A stretch of DNA of 64,000 nucleotides from Octopus vulgaris (Eukaryota), in the NCBI GenBank assembly GCA_951406725.2, contig OX597829.1:54064001-54128000 (forward strand), given 5' to 3'. This document shows positions 39,526 to 53,636 of the stretch, piece by piece; the first letter of the stretch is position 1, and the number at the start of each line of letters is the position of its first letter. A program made the position numbers and the translations under genes. The notes below the pieces were generated by a model, which saw nothing but the letters and a program-made list of their open reading frames with translations, made no database searches and was not told the DNA's origin.

Positions 39526-40259
39526 CATCATCATCATCGTCGTTTAGCGTCCGTTTTCCATGCTAGCATGGGTTGGACGGTTCTACTGGGGTCTGTGAAG
39601 CCAGAAGGCTTCATCAGGCCCAGTCAAATCTGGCAGTGTTTCTACGGCTGGATGCCCTTCCTAATGCCAACCACTCCGTGAGTGTAGTGGGTGCTTTTTA
39701 CGTGCCACCCGCACAGGTACCAGACAGAGCTGGCAAACGGCCACGAACGGATGGTGCTTTTTATGTGCCACCGGCACAAGGGCCAGGCGAGGCTGGCAAC
39801 GGACACGAAACGGGGCGGTGCTGGCAACGGTCGCGAAACGGAAGGTTCTCTTACATGCCACCGGCACTGGTAACACATCTGCAATTTCCATTGATCGATT
39901 TCCATTCTGATCCTCACTTGCCTCAACGGGTCTTCACAAGTAGAGTTTCGACATGCCACCGGCACTGGTAACACATCTGCAATTTCCATTGATCGATTTC
40001 CATTTCTGATCCTCACTAGCCTCAACGGGTCTTCACAAGTAGAGTATCGACATGCCACCGGCACTGGTAACACATCTCCAATTTCCATTGATCGATTTCG
40101 ATTCTGATCCTCACTTGCCTCAACAGGTCTTCACAAGTAGAGTTTTGTGTCCCAAGAAGGGAAGGTATGCATACATAGGCTGGCTCCATCCCAAGTAGAA
40201 GGCCACGGGTTATGGGCTCACTTGTCCTGCCGGGTCTTCTCGCGCACAGCACACTTCCA
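39526..40259 (-). mobile_element. RTE-LINE 3' end, same subfamily as 18221
   Basis: Nearly identical to 18221-18868; three copies of an about 98-bp 3' UTR unit. Confidence 0.9.
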
Positions 40260-40726
40260 TTATAATTATATTTCTGCTCACTGATTACACAATGTTTTAA
40301 TCATATTTTAATCCTGACAAAGATTTTTTTAAAAAAATTTCTCTCAAATATAGATACTGTACTTGTTTATTACTGTAAATTGAAACCCATCTAAACAAGC
40401 AGGTACTCTCCTTCCCCCTCAGAGAACTGTCATGACATTTACTGTCCCACTTCTGAGCTCACAATGCCTCTGCTTCACCCTGCAAGGGAACCTACCACCA
40501 AAATTAAGAACCAATGCACTAGATATGCACCGTAATTCAATGAAGAGATTCAGTGCTGATAGCATATCTACACAACCTTATGTAACATTACAAAGGGAAG
40601 TAATTGAATCAGTTAGCTTATGAGTGTACAAAATTAGTGTTAACTATAAGAGCAACACCAATTCACATGCATACTTAAGAACTGCATATAGTCTGCCATC
40701 ACCATCACAACCCAATTTCATACACA

Positions 40727-41104
40727 GCACATGGCCCAGTGGTTAGGGCAGTGGACTCGTGGTCATAAGATCGCGATTTCGATTCCCAGACCGGGCGTTG
40801 TAAGTGTTTATTGAGCAAAAACACCTAAAAGCAGCACGAGGCTCAGGCAGGGATGGTGGTGATCCCTGCTGTACTCTTTCACCACAACTTTCTCTCCCTC
40901 TTACTTCCTGTTTCTGTTGTACCTGTATTTCAAAGGGCCGGCCTTGTCACTCTCTGTGTCACGCTGAATATCCCCGAGAACTACATTAAGGGTACACGTG
41001 TCTGTGGAGTGCTCAGCCACTTACACATTAATTTCACGAGCAGGCTGTTCCGTTGATTCGGATCAACCGGAACCCTCGTCGTCGTAACCGACGGAGTGCT
41101 TCCA
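40727..41104 (+). mobile_element. SINE family C copy
   Basis: Near-identical to 31159-31541. Confidence 0.88.
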
Positions 41105-41551
41105 CACATATTTGTGCTTATCTTGTGTGTGTGTGTGTTTGTGAAATCAGATGTTTGTGCAGGCTGGAACACAGAGTGTTTTCCAGTTGAAGTCAGATGT
41201 AGAGGATTCGTGGGAAACTGTGAGGGGACTGTCGTTATCGTTAGGCCTAACTTACCATGAATGATATCCAAACTACTGTGGAAAAGGCTAGCCACTGGAA
41301 TTGGTTAAAAAGAGACAATGAGTGATGGCTAGAAGAATATTGTGCTATATCTGATAACTAGTTGATTGAGTAAGTGGGGACCACATGTCAGTGAGTGGGG
41401 CCAGTGTACACTGATGGCGTTGAGAGGTAAGCCCCAAAATGGCACGCATTCTCTCCCGATGACCCCCATACACTTGCTGGCTTCCAGTATGTGGAACTCT
41501 CAGCTGGTAACACTTCCATGAGCAAATTGTTTGCAAAACATATATATATAT

Positions 41552-42088
41552 CATCATCGTTTAACGTCCGTTTTTCATGCTAGCATGGGTTGGATGGTTC
41601 GGCTGGAGTTTGGGAAGCCAGGAAGCTGCACCAGGCTCCAGTCTGATCTGGCAGCGTTTCTACAGCTGGATGCCCTCCTTAATGCCAACCACTCCATGAG
41701 TGTAGTGGGTGCTTTTTACATGATATATATGTATATACATTCATCATCATTTAACGTTTGCTTTTCATGCTGGCATGGGTTGGACAGTTTGACTGAGGAC
41801 TGGCGAACCAGATGGCTGCACCAGGCTCCAATCTGATCTGGCAGAGTTTCTACAGCTGGAGCCCTTCCTAATGCCAACCACTCCAAGAGTGTAGTGGATG
41901 CTTTTTACATGCCACCGCATGAGGGCCAGTCAGGCAGTACTGGTAACGGCCATGCTCAAATGGTGTTTTTTACGTGCCACTTGCACAGGAGCCAGTCCAG
42001 CAGCACTGGCAACGACCTCACTCAAATGTTTTTTCACGTGCCACCAGCACAAGTGCCAGTAAGGCGACGCAGGTAGCGATCACGCTTG
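41552..42088 (-). mobile_element. two tandem RTE-LINE 3' UTR fragments
   Basis: (cat)n tails at about 41552 and 41741. Confidence 0.8.
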
Positions 42089-42089
42089 A

Positions 42090-43292
42090 ATATATATTTT
42101 TGAAATTGTCTGATAATACAGACATAGGCCGACCCAAATATGTCAATAAATTAACATTGATATTTTTTACCATTATTACAATCATCTGAAATGGAACTTC
42201 CAAAGCACGATATTCAAGCAATTTTGCTATTCAGCTTCAAAAAAGGACATAAAGCAGCTAAAACTGCTTGCGATATTAACAAAATGTTTGGTAAGGAAAT
42301 GACCAGTGAGTGGTCAGCTCGAAAATGGTTTAAACAATTTTGCATTGGAGACCTGAGGCTTGAAGATCATGAGTGTAGGGGATGCCCATCTGTATCGATG
42401 ACAGTCAATTAAATACCGTCATTAAGAAAGAGCCACGTAAAACCACTTTAGAACTGGCAAAAGAACTTCAAGTTAATCAGAAAACTGCCTGCAACTTTTT
42501 GCATGCGATTGGAAAATCAAAAAAGCTCAAAAAATGTGTACCACATGATTTGAATAAAAATCCGAAAATGCACAGATATGAAATTTTGCTCATCACTTCT
42601 TCTCTATAACCAGACTGTTCCTTTCTCAACCGTATGGTAACTTGCGATGAAAAGTAGATTCTGTATAATAAAAAAAAAAAACTTTCTTCCTAGTGGTTGG
42701 ACCAAAATGAAGCACCAAAAACCTTCCCTAAGCCCGAGCTCTTTAAAAAGAAGGTTATGGTGACTGTTTGGTGGTGTACTGCTGAAGTCACCCACTATAA
42801 CTTCTTAAAACCTGGAAAAACTATTACTGCAGAAACATATTGCCATGAAATTGCTAAAAATCAACGAAAAACTGCGACTCTTCCATCCGAGACTGGTCAA
42901 CAGAAGAGGGCCAATCATTCTTCATGAAAATGCTCAACCACATGTTTCACTAATGACGCTCCAGAAGTTGAGGGAACTTGGCTACAAAGTTCTTCCCCAC
43001 CCAGTTTATTCCTCAGACCTTTCTCCTACCGACAACCACTTTTTCAAGCACCTAGATGGTTTCCTGCGAGAGAAGGAGTTCAAAAATCAAACCAATGCTG
43101 AAAGTGTGTTCAAAGAGTCCATCAGCTCCAGAACTCCAGATTTTTATGTTACCAGAATAAACAAACTTGTAACTCATTGGCAAAAATATGTTGGTTGTAA
43201 TGGTACTGACTTTGATGAATAAAATTTCTGCATTGTTGAAATACATTGTTATTAATTTCATGTTTCAAAACATTGCTTACATTTTACTCAGC

Positions 43293-43296
<4 letters not shown>
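42090..43296 (+). mobile_element. mariner transposon relic, left TIR not seen
   Basis: MELPKHDIQAILLFSFKKGHKAA HTH, CVPHDL, TCDEK, KVMVTVWW, LHENAQPH, YSSDLSPTDNHFF; right end ...tactcagcctga|TA. Confidence 0.9.
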
Positions 43297-43339
<43 letters not shown>

Positions 43340-43994
43340 ATATATATATATATATTACTCTTTTACTCTTTACTCTTTTACATGTTTCAGTCATTTGACT
43401 GCGGCCATGCTGGAGCACCGCCTTTAGTCAAGCAAATCGACCCCGGACTTATTCTTTGTAAGCCCAGTACTTATTCTATCGGTCTGTTTTGCCGAACTGC
43501 TAAGTGACGGGGAAGTAAACACACCAGCATCGGTTGTCAAGCAATGCTAGGGGGACAAACACAGACACACAAACACATACACACACATACATATATATAT
43601 ATACATATATACGACAGGCTTCTTTCAGTTTCCGCCTACCAAATCCACTCACAAGGCATTGGTCAGCCCGGGGCTATAGCAGAAGACACTTGCCCAAGAT
43701 GCCATGCAGTGGGACTGAACCCGGAACCATGTGGTTGGTTAGCAAGCTACTTACCACACAGCCACGTATACATACAAAAAAAAAAGACAAGCTTAAAATT
43801 TTCCAATGATTAACAATCAAGTATAAATATGTTTTTTTGCTTTTTTAATAGAGCAAACTTACTCAGATTACATAGACTCAGAGAATCAGCATAGAGAAGG
43901 TGTTACAAGGCCAACAGCTGTCTATTAAAAAAATATAGATTCATACTTGATTGTTAACCATGTGCAAAATTGAAGCGTTCCTTCTCTTTTTACA

Positions 43995-44024
<30 letters not shown>

Positions 44025-44027
<3 letters not shown>

Positions 44028-44152
44028 ATGAGAGAATGGAGTCGAACGACAATTTTAACAAAATTCCTTTACTTTCGACATATGTTTCGAAACATATGTC
44101 GAGAATAAAGGAATTTTGTTAAAATCGTCGTTCAACTCCATTCTCTCATTTA
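44025..44152. repeat. spacerless 64-bp-arm palindrome centred on TTTCGAAA, inside a (TA)n-flanked element (44025-44300)
   Basis: Arms 44025-44088 and 44089-44152; each arm reads GAAAC-ATAT-GTC outward from the centre. Confidence 0.88.
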
Positions 44153-44301
44153 CTTATAGTTAAAAAAAACGCACAAATTTCCACACGAGAACACGTGATT
44201 TCTGCCCTTGGCATGTAGCTTCAACCGTGTTTTCTGACGTGAATTTGCTACCCGGGTATCAGTTAACCGAATTATCCATACTAGGATAATTCATTCACCT
44301 A

Positions 44302-44359
<58 letters not shown>

Positions 44360-44369
44360 TATATATATA

Positions 44370-44420
<51 letters not shown>

Positions 44421-44833
44421 TTGTGTATATATATGTATGTGTGTATATATGTATGTATATATATATTACACAGGAGTGGCTGTACATTAAAATCCAAGGT
44501 TTTGTTTATTTATTTGAATCATTGTATCTCTCTTACTCTCTCTATATATATATGTATGTGTGTATGTATATGTGCATGTGTGTGTGTTACTGTCTCTTTG
44601 TCTTGATGGTGTGTGATAGTTTTGAAGGATTACCACTGTCTTGCAAGCAGTTCATTCATTACCAGTAATCTGTGAAAACTTGTCTCACTATGGGAAAATA
44701 TCATCTTAACTGAAAACAAATGAGAGTTGGTGATAGGAAGGGCATCCAACTGTAGAAATTCTACCTCAACAAATTATGGTAGCATGGAAAAATGGATGTT
44801 AAATGATGATATATGCATACATGTAAGTAGATA

Positions 44834-44915
<82 letters not shown>

Positions 44916-44937
44916 ATATATATATATATATATATAT

Positions 44938-45127
44938 AATAACAGAGGAATTCAAGACATGCTGCCCCTGGGAGCTCCTCTGTGTTGATAACCTTGCTCT
45001 AATAGCTGAGTCACTGCTAGTTCTGGAGATAAAGTTTAGTGTGTGGAAGCAAGGTCTTGAATTGAAGGGCCTTAGGGTTAAGCTAGCCAAAAACAAAGTC
45101 TTAGTAAGTAGGAAGGCTGTCAAATCT
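44938..45127 (+). mobile_element. RTE RT fragment
   Basis: ITEEFKTCCPWELLCVDNLALIAES...WKQGLE. Confidence 0.8.
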
Positions 45128-46551
45128 TTTACTTGTTGCAGTCATTTGACTGCAGCCATGCTGGAGCACTGCCTTTTAGTCAAAGAATTCAACCCCAGGA
45201 CTTATTCTTTGTAAGCCTAGTACTTATTCTATTGGTCTCTTCTCTTGAACTGCTAAGTTATGGGGATGTAAACACACCAACATCGGTTGACAAGCAATGG
45301 TGGTGGGGACAAATACACATACACACACACACACATAAATATACAATGGGCTTTAGTCAGTTTCTGTCTACCAAATCCACTCAAGGATTTGGTCGGCCCA
45401 AGGCTATAGTAGAAAGCACCTGCCTAAGGTGGCACATAATGGGACTGAACCTGGAACTATTTGGTTGGGATGCATGATTCTGACCACACAGCCACACCTG
45501 CATATATGAACTTTAAAAGTCAAGAAGTATGAGAGGTGAACATATATTTATTTAATTATGCGACATCCTTTGGGTTACAGCCGTTTCGCAGCCTTCATGT
45601 AGTATTGATTTTGGTGTCAAAGAAATTATGCATATGTGCTTGATAGGGGGCTTGCTTCCCAACCACATGGTTCGTATATGTATGTATGGATGCATGCATG
45701 CATGCATATGTATATGTTTGTGTGTCTGTGTTTGTCTCCCCACCATTGCTTGATAACCGATGTTGGTGTGTTTACGTCCCTGTAACTTAGTGGCTCGGCA
45801 AAAGAGACTGACAGAATAAGTACTAGGTTTACAAAGAATAATTCCTGGGGCCGATTTGTTTGACTAAAGGTGGTGCTCCAGCATGGCTGCAGTCACATGA
45901 CTGAAACAAGTAAAAGAAAAAACACAATACAATTGTATATGTATAAATCAATACAAATAAATCTAGCAAGCTCATGTGTATGTATGTGTGTGTTTTACTT
46001 TTTACTGTCTCCTTGCCTTGACATAGTTGTAAGCGAGTGTCACTGTTATGCAGGAGGTGTCGTTGGTTTCTAATCTTCAATGTAATCTTGCATGGGCATG
46101 ATGAAATATTACCTTACTTGAAACATGATGATTGGTGATGGGAATGACATCTGGTTATGCAAAATCTGCCTGCATAAATCAGGTCTGATTCATGCAAGCA
46201 AAGAGCAATGGATCACACACACACACACACACACACACACATTACATGAATGATATTTCAACCAAGACTTTACAATTGTACCTGATTGTTCAAGTGATTC
46301 GCTTCTGTATATCTACAAATACTATTTACTCATGGTCACTAGATCATGGTTTCAATTTCTGAGCAAAACATTTCATTACACATTGCTCCAGTCCACTCAG
46401 CCATAAAATGAGTCACCCTGTGATGGGCTAACATTCCAATCGGGAGACAATTTAGCCTGTTTACCTAACCAGCAGGATGGTATATCATTTGAAGGCTAAA
46501 ACAGTGCAAAGTGCATTGTGACCAACGTTTGATAGTCTCATTGATCACGTG

Positions 46552-46604
<53 letters not shown>

Positions 46605-46631
46605 CACACACCCTGTTGAACCGTTAAACCC

Positions 46632-46797
46632 TACACATTTTTTTCTCTCTCTCTTCTTTCCTCAATCCTTTCTGTCAAAGAGCATAGGCTCGAAATGTCA
46701 TAAACTTTTTCACTCTTCCTGAGTGTCAAACTAATGCACATACTCATTGTTCCTTTACTTGTTTTCATCTTTTGTTTTCTGTAAATTTGAACTATAT
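46632..46797 (+). mobile_element. short variant-hammerhead element (family of 18047)
   Basis: cttt-CTGTCAA-agagc-atag-gctc-GAAA-tg-TC at 46668-46703; ends in tata. Confidence 0.55.
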
Positions 46798-47027
46798 ACA
46801 TATATGTATGCGTGTGTGTGTGTATATATATCATCATCATCATCATCATCGTTTAACGTCCGTTCTCCATGCTAGCATGGGTTGGACGGTTCAACCGGGG
46901 ATCTGGGAAGCAAGAAGGCTGCACCAGGCTCCAGTCTTATCTGGCAATGTTTCTACAGCTGGATGCCCTTCCTAACGCCAACCACTCCGTGAGTGTAGTG
47001 GGTGCTTTGTACGTGCATATATGTATG

Positions 47028-47068
<41 letters not shown>

Positions 47069-47735
47069 TAGCTCATGTTTTGCTAATCCAATAACAACAA
47101 TACAAAGTATGGCTTTTGTGCATTTACATAGAATACCGAACTGTCTTACACAGGATCTTGTTTTTAGGAATTCCCAATAAGTTATGAATTCCCCAAAAGT
47201 TATGAATACTCAAATTGTGAAGTCAGTTATGTAATAACATGAAATTAGTTACCCGATAATGTAGCCTCGAAAAGGGCTTTAATGCATTCCCAGAGTATAT
47301 ATAGAACATCGGAGGAAATACTAATAAGGTATGTATACTAAAATCGTGAAGCATGTTACGTAACAACAGGCTAATTAGATATGAGGTAGTATCAATTCAA
47401 AGTAAATAACTCTTAAAAGGGCTTTTGTGCGTTCTCTGAGAATATTACCTTCAGGGGCATTAGTGCTGGTATATTCGTGAATAAGTCACTAACCAAAATA
47501 AGTCGATCTATTGTTTAGGAAAATACTATTTACTTGTTTAAGGGTTGTACTGGATAAACTGCGAAAATAACTCTAACAGTTCAAAAAATTGAATTGAAAA
47601 ATACCAAGAAATAAGCATACTCAATTTGATTTATACCAAATAATTTAGGAAAATGATTGGGTTATTTCTCTTGGCTATATATAAAAAGCCCTTCCAGGGG
47701 CAAATGAGTTATTTCCCTTGGCTTTTAAAATAAAA

Positions 47736-49390
47736 TTTTAATTAGTTGGGCTATGACCCTCTCTGTGACCATCATCACCTGATCCAGCAATTTGATACCC
47801 CTGTAGTTATTTCTATCTAGAGCATCACCTTTACCTTTGTAGCAGTTGACTATGGTACTGCTACACCAGTGATTGGGTATGACTCCATCATGAACTACCT
47901 GGTTTATAGTATAGGTGACTAGGCCATAGCCCACACCACCAGAGGTTTTAATCATCTCAGCAGTGATTCCTGATGGGCCAGGGGGTTTTCCTAGTTTCAT
48001 ACCCTTAACTGCTTTATCTACTAGGGAGCTGTCTATTCGGATAGCTGGTCCCTCTACTGGGTCAACATTTGGCAGGCTCTCCTCCTCCTATTCATTCTTC
48101 ACATTCAGCGGTCTCTCATAATGGCTTCTCCAAGCCTCTTTCTTTTCACAATCATTAAAAGCAAGTGCACCATCATCCATGCAGACACATTTCTCTCCTG
48201 TGACATCACAATTTTCTCTCACGCACTGTCTTGCAATCCAGAATACCTCAGTTCTTTGGTCCTCATGTCGCTGCACATTGGCAAACTTCTTCTTTTTTGC
48301 TTCACCCTTGGCTATGTATACTTGTCAACCAGCCTCCCCTGATACCCCCACCATTCCAGGCTTTCCAGGCCTTTATTTGCTCTGATGGCTTTGTCTACCG
48401 TATTATTCCACTACCATGTTATTCTAGGTCTGGAAGGGACTTCGCACCATCCACAGACTTGGTCTGTGACACTCAGTAAGTTGTCCCATAAGAACATCCA
48501 GCTACCTTCTATATCCGAGGACTGTAGTTCCTCTCCCCTCTCATCAAATTCCTTGATGAGGATTTTCATAAAGCTCTGACCATATGAAGGGGTCTTTAGC
48601 TTCCAAATCCTTCTCTTCTGGATTGGTCTGCTTCTAGGCATCTTCCTGGTCTCAAGTTGAAAGTCACTAATGACTAGTCTATGCTGTGGGATGCATTTCT
48701 CACCTGGGAGAATCTTTGTATTTAAGAGCAACCCTGCGTCCTGCTGTCTGGTGAGAATGAAATCAATCTGGCTAGCAGAGTCCCTTGATTGATAGATTAT
48801 CATGTGGCTGTTTGGCTTCCTGAACTTAGTGTTGCAGATTAAAAGGTTACATGCATCACAGAACTCCAGTAGCTTAGTTCCCTCATCGTTCCAGGAACCA
48901 ATACCATGAAACCTGGGTACACCAGTGAAGATTCCAGATTTCCACCCAACATGCCTGTTAAAATCTCCAGTTGCAAAGGCGAGATCATTGCCACTCATCT
49001 TTGAGGTAGCCTGTAGAAGGGTATCATAAAAGTGGTCCTTCTGATCATTTGGTAGCCCCACATGTGGGACATAAGCGGAGATAATTGTAGCTGTGCTGTT
49101 CTGCAGGACTAGCCTTAGTTTAAGTACTCTATCACATACCCTAACGACCTCTATGACCTTATCCACCCATTTCTCCACAAGGAGTATGCCTACACCCCCT
49201 ATACCATCCATGTTACCTTGCCAGAAAACTTTATACCTATGTGCCTGTGATGACTCTAGCTGAAGCTCATCTCCTTCTTACCTCTTGTATGCAGCATACA
49301 TGATCCTGTCTCCTTTCAAGCATCTCTACAATCTCACTAGACCTACTTTTCAATGTGCCTACATTGACAGTGCCAACTCTGAAAACTGGG
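47736..49390 (-). mobile_element. RTE LINE 5' part (APE endonuclease and linker), decayed
   Basis: ORF 48411-49211 with GGVGIL, IISAYVP, GDFNRHVG, SQIDFIL, QHRLV motifs, followed by KPPGPSG and YRGIKLL. Confidence 0.9.
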
Positions 49391-49503
49391 AAGGGAATGA
49401 GGGGTGGGGCTTGGGGAGGAAAGCTGTTATATATATAATACATATATATAAGTTTGAAAATGGAGAGATTCAGTGGATATAAATTAATTTATTAATTAAT
49501 TAA

Positions 49504-49609
49504 CATTCCCTACAATTGTTTCACTTCACACCCAATTTAAATTACAAAACATATATAATACAAGTTTGCATTTTGAGAACCCTGGGTGGAAGATCTTCAA
49601 GGCAAAATG
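49504..49609 (-). ncRNA. degenerate hammerhead motif with extended stem II
   Basis: gcc-TTGAAGA-tcttc-caccca...tgggtg-tgaagt-GAAA-caattg-TA-ggg on the - strand. Confidence 0.55.
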
Positions 49610-50261
49610 GACATTACAGAGTTTACATTTTGCACAATTGAAATACTCCAACAGACTAAGCAGATAAAAGCGTGTTTATTATGTGTATGTGTGTGTGTGT
49701 ATGCGCATGTGCATGCATTAATGTTTTTATTTATATTTATAATGATAATAATAATAATAATGAATTAAAGTATATAAGAATAAAAATAAAGGATAAAAAT
49801 AAGGATTAATAATAAATAATGAAAATAATGAAATATTATATTGATAATAAAAGTGAATAAAATAAAAATGAAATATAATTTTTTTTTACAAAACATGGAT
49901 GTTGATGGTTCATTTTGGTTTATGTGTGTGCATATGTTCACATGTCTATATGTGTGCTCATATGTGTATATATGTATGTTTACTGCCTAAGTTAATTTAT
50001 GTGTATGTGTGTGTCAGTTTCAGGTTATAGAATACAAGTCTGGATACCATATAAGTGTGTGTGTGAGTGTATGTATATATATATATATGTGTGTGAGGAA
50101 GAGTCATTTTATTATTTTGTTGCTTGGTACTCCATCATCATATGTCTGAAATGAGGTAAAATTCTTTAAATTTCAAAAACGATAAGCAAAAGTGATATAG
50201 GAAAAATAGAGTAAAAAGAAAACTTAAAACAAAAGGATAAAAATATTCATGTTATTTCAAA

Positions 50262-50657
50262 TCTCTCTATATATAAAGCTGAAGTTGTCTGTGTATGGCA
50301 GGTTTGGTAGCCTTCAACTATCACTATGTCCTTTGAGACCCTGCAGCGCAAGTTGACCAAAATTGAGAGTATGATAGAAGAAGTCTTGCTCTACCTTCCG
50401 TAGAAGAAAAAATTAAAATAAGACTATGTTAACACCAAAAATTATTTACATTAAAAAGGTGCTTTTTTTTTCCCATGAAAATCACTATTTTTAAAGATTT
50501 TTTGATTGCTTTATCGTCATTTTTCGGTGTATTTCAACCAGAAAAATGTTCACTTAAAGAGAATAACAAGCTACATAATGCAAAAATTTTTACTTTTCAA
50601 AAATTCCAATTCTAAAGGGTCGAAACAAACCCAAGCAAGGCCAGGTGATACTGCTAG
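50262..50657 (+). mobile_element. non-autonomous Helitron
   Basis: A|TCTCTCTATATATAAAG 5' end, degenerate subterminal hairpin cccaagcaaggccagg, CTAG|T 3' end, no TSD. Confidence 0.75.
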
Positions 50658-52408
50658 TTGCATATAAAAGAAACAAAGAAGTTTATCTGAGAACCCAATA
50701 CATTTTTACCTAACAAATTCACCACATTCTTTGTTTCCAGGAATAAATTCCCCTTTGGATTGTAACTCGATTTATTTGTTTCATTTTTGACTTTAAGTGA
50801 GATTTTCTAGTTTTGCATTTAATTTTAATGAAACATGTAAATGTTATTTGAATTTAATTTTAAATTACTCAAAATGATTCCAAATTCGTAGTTGCTAGTA
50901 GACATATTTAAGGGCATTTTTCAAACCTCATGTCAAACTGTTGTTGGTAACACCTGTTAGCAGTATGACAGGTGTTTGTAAAATTATAGTAAGACTACTT
51001 GATTTATCCCAGTGTTTTATCACCTCTCTTCCTCCTGTTTTAACCACTCATCTCCTTTGCAAAAAATGTCTTTCTCACTCACTCTTTCTCTCTGTCACTC
51101 ACACATACATACAGTTTCTCACCACATATATGAAATTATTAGGTTTTCCAGTTATTTAATCCCTGATTGTACATCATAAACTGAATGTGCCCCTGGTTTG
51201 TTATGAGTTTATAGGTGCAGGAGTGGCTGTGTGGTAAGTAGCTTGCTTACCAACCACATGGTTCCGGGTTCAGTCACACCGCGTGACATCTTAGGCAAGT
51301 GTCTTCTACTATAGCCTCGGGCCGACCAGTGCCTTGTGAGTGGATTTGGTAGACAGAAACTGAAAGAAGGCTGTCGTATATATGTATATATATATATGTA
51401 TTTGTGTGTATGTTTGCGTGTCTGTGTTTGTCCCCCTAGCATTGCTTGACAACCGATGCTGGTGTGTTTACGTCCCTGTCACTTAGCGGTTCGGCAAAAG
51501 AGACCGATAGAATAAGTACTGGGCTTACAAAGAATAAGTCCTGGGGTCGATTTGCTCGACTAAAGGCGGTGCTCCAGCATGGCCGCAGTCAAATGACTGA
51601 AACAAGTAAAAGAGTAAAAGAGTAAAAGAGGTTCCCAAAGTCAGTTAATATCACTGTATCACTATATCAACCAGACTGTCAAATGTTGTTACGTGCCACT
51701 GGTTACAAATACAGCTACAAAAATATGATTTAAAACAAGGATCAAATTTGTCCTTTTAACACTCTTTTATCAGTCAATTTTGTTGGACTGCTAAGTTATA
51801 GGAATGTACATCATTCCAAAAGGCCCAATTTTGTTTCCAGCTGCTGATTCAGTCTATGACTTACAATCATAGGCACAGACTTAGCTGTATGGTCTTGCTT
51901 CCTAACCATGTGGTCCTGGGTTCAGTCCCACTGCATGGCACCTTGAGCAAATGTCTTTTCCTATAGCCTCAGTTTGACCAAAGCCTTGTGATGGAAACTG
52001 AAAGAAGCCTGTCATATGTATATAGATATATACACACACACATGCATGTGTGTGTGTGTGATTATGTGTGTGTCTTTGTGCTTGTCCCCCACCATCACTT
52101 GACAACCAATAATGGTGTGTTTACATTCCTGTAACTTAGCAGTTCAGCAAACAAAACTGATAAAATAAGTATTAGTATTTGAAAGAAAAAATAATAAATA
52201 CTGGGGTCAATTCATTTGACTAACATTCTTAAAGATGGTGCCCCAGCATGGCCATGGTCTAATGACTGAAACAAGTAAAAGATAAAGGATATAATTGTAT
52301 CACACAACACAATAATGTGTTATGTTATTGTAAGAATGTTGAAAACCAATAGATTTACTCTGGTCCTCATTTCTGAACAGTTAATATACAGAGCAATGAG
52401 GTGTTGAA

Positions 52409-53020
52409 TCATCATCATCATCATCATCACTTACTGCCTGTTGTCCATGCTGGCATGAGTTGGACAGTTTGACCAGGGCTGGTAAGCTGGAAGGCTGCAC
52501 CAGACCTCTGTCTGATTTCACATGGTTTGCTATGGCTGGATGTACTTCCTAATGCCAACAATTCCGAGAGTGTAATAGGTACTTTTACATGTCACTGGCA
52601 CAGGGGGTGCCATTTGCATGACACTGGTATATGTTATGACTGCACTTTTACTTGACTCGATGAGTCTTCTTTTCAAGCACAACATAATGCCAAAGGTCTT
52701 GGTCATTGCCTCCATGAGGCCCAACACTCAAAAGGAATGATGTACATTCCTATAACTTAGCAGTCCAACAAAAAAGACTGATAAAAGAGTGTTAAAAGGA
52801 CAAATTTGATCCCGTGCCACTGGTATCAGCCATTATGCCTCCATGAGGCCCAATGCTTGAAAGGTGGTGGATTTTAGGTGCCACTGGCATGAGTGTCAGT
52901 TATGTGACACCAGCATCAGCCACGACTACAATTTCACTTTTGCTTGACGGGTCTTTTCAAGCACAGCACATCACCAAAAGTCTTGGTCACTAGTCATTGC
53001 TTCTGTGAGGCCCAAAGTTT
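52409..53020 (-). mobile_element. old RTE-LINE 3' UTR
   Basis: (cat)n tail; gaggcccaac tandem units as at 12500-12900. Confidence 0.7.
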
Positions 53021-53636
53021 GAAAATCTATTCATTCAAGTATGTTTAAGCAACTGAAAAGAATAAATATATCTTTACAGCATTTTCCATTTCTATTGGAG
53101 ATAATCCATATTGTAAGAGATATTGTACATTCAAAAGTGGCCAGTCTACTTTCACAGTTGAGTTGTATAGAAATATTTGTGTAAACCAATCTATCTTTCA
53201 GTCTACTTATTGGCTTATATTTTTATCTGTGCAAGGTCAGTAGCTTGACTAAATATAATACTGCATTTGGCTAGATACTCAGGTGTATCCAAATAGGTTT
53301 ATAAATATATAACCACAAGTACTAAGATGCTTAAAATAGTTTTGGGATTAGAAACAATATTATATATTTTTAAAAATCTTAATTCTGAAAATCTTACTTC
53401 TGCAGAATTTGGCTCTGATTCTAAACTTGTATGAACTTGTTCACTTGATAAAATTCAAGGTAATCTTTGAAACTCGACACAAAGCATCTAAATGAATTAA
53501 AGATAATACACATTATAGATTAAGAGTGTTGTAAACCAATGCACTTGTTCCAGTTCTCATTTCAGGACAGCTAATAAAAATATTTCTGACAGGGCAATGA
53601 GGAATTGAATACTTCTAAGTATTCATGGATGTTTAA

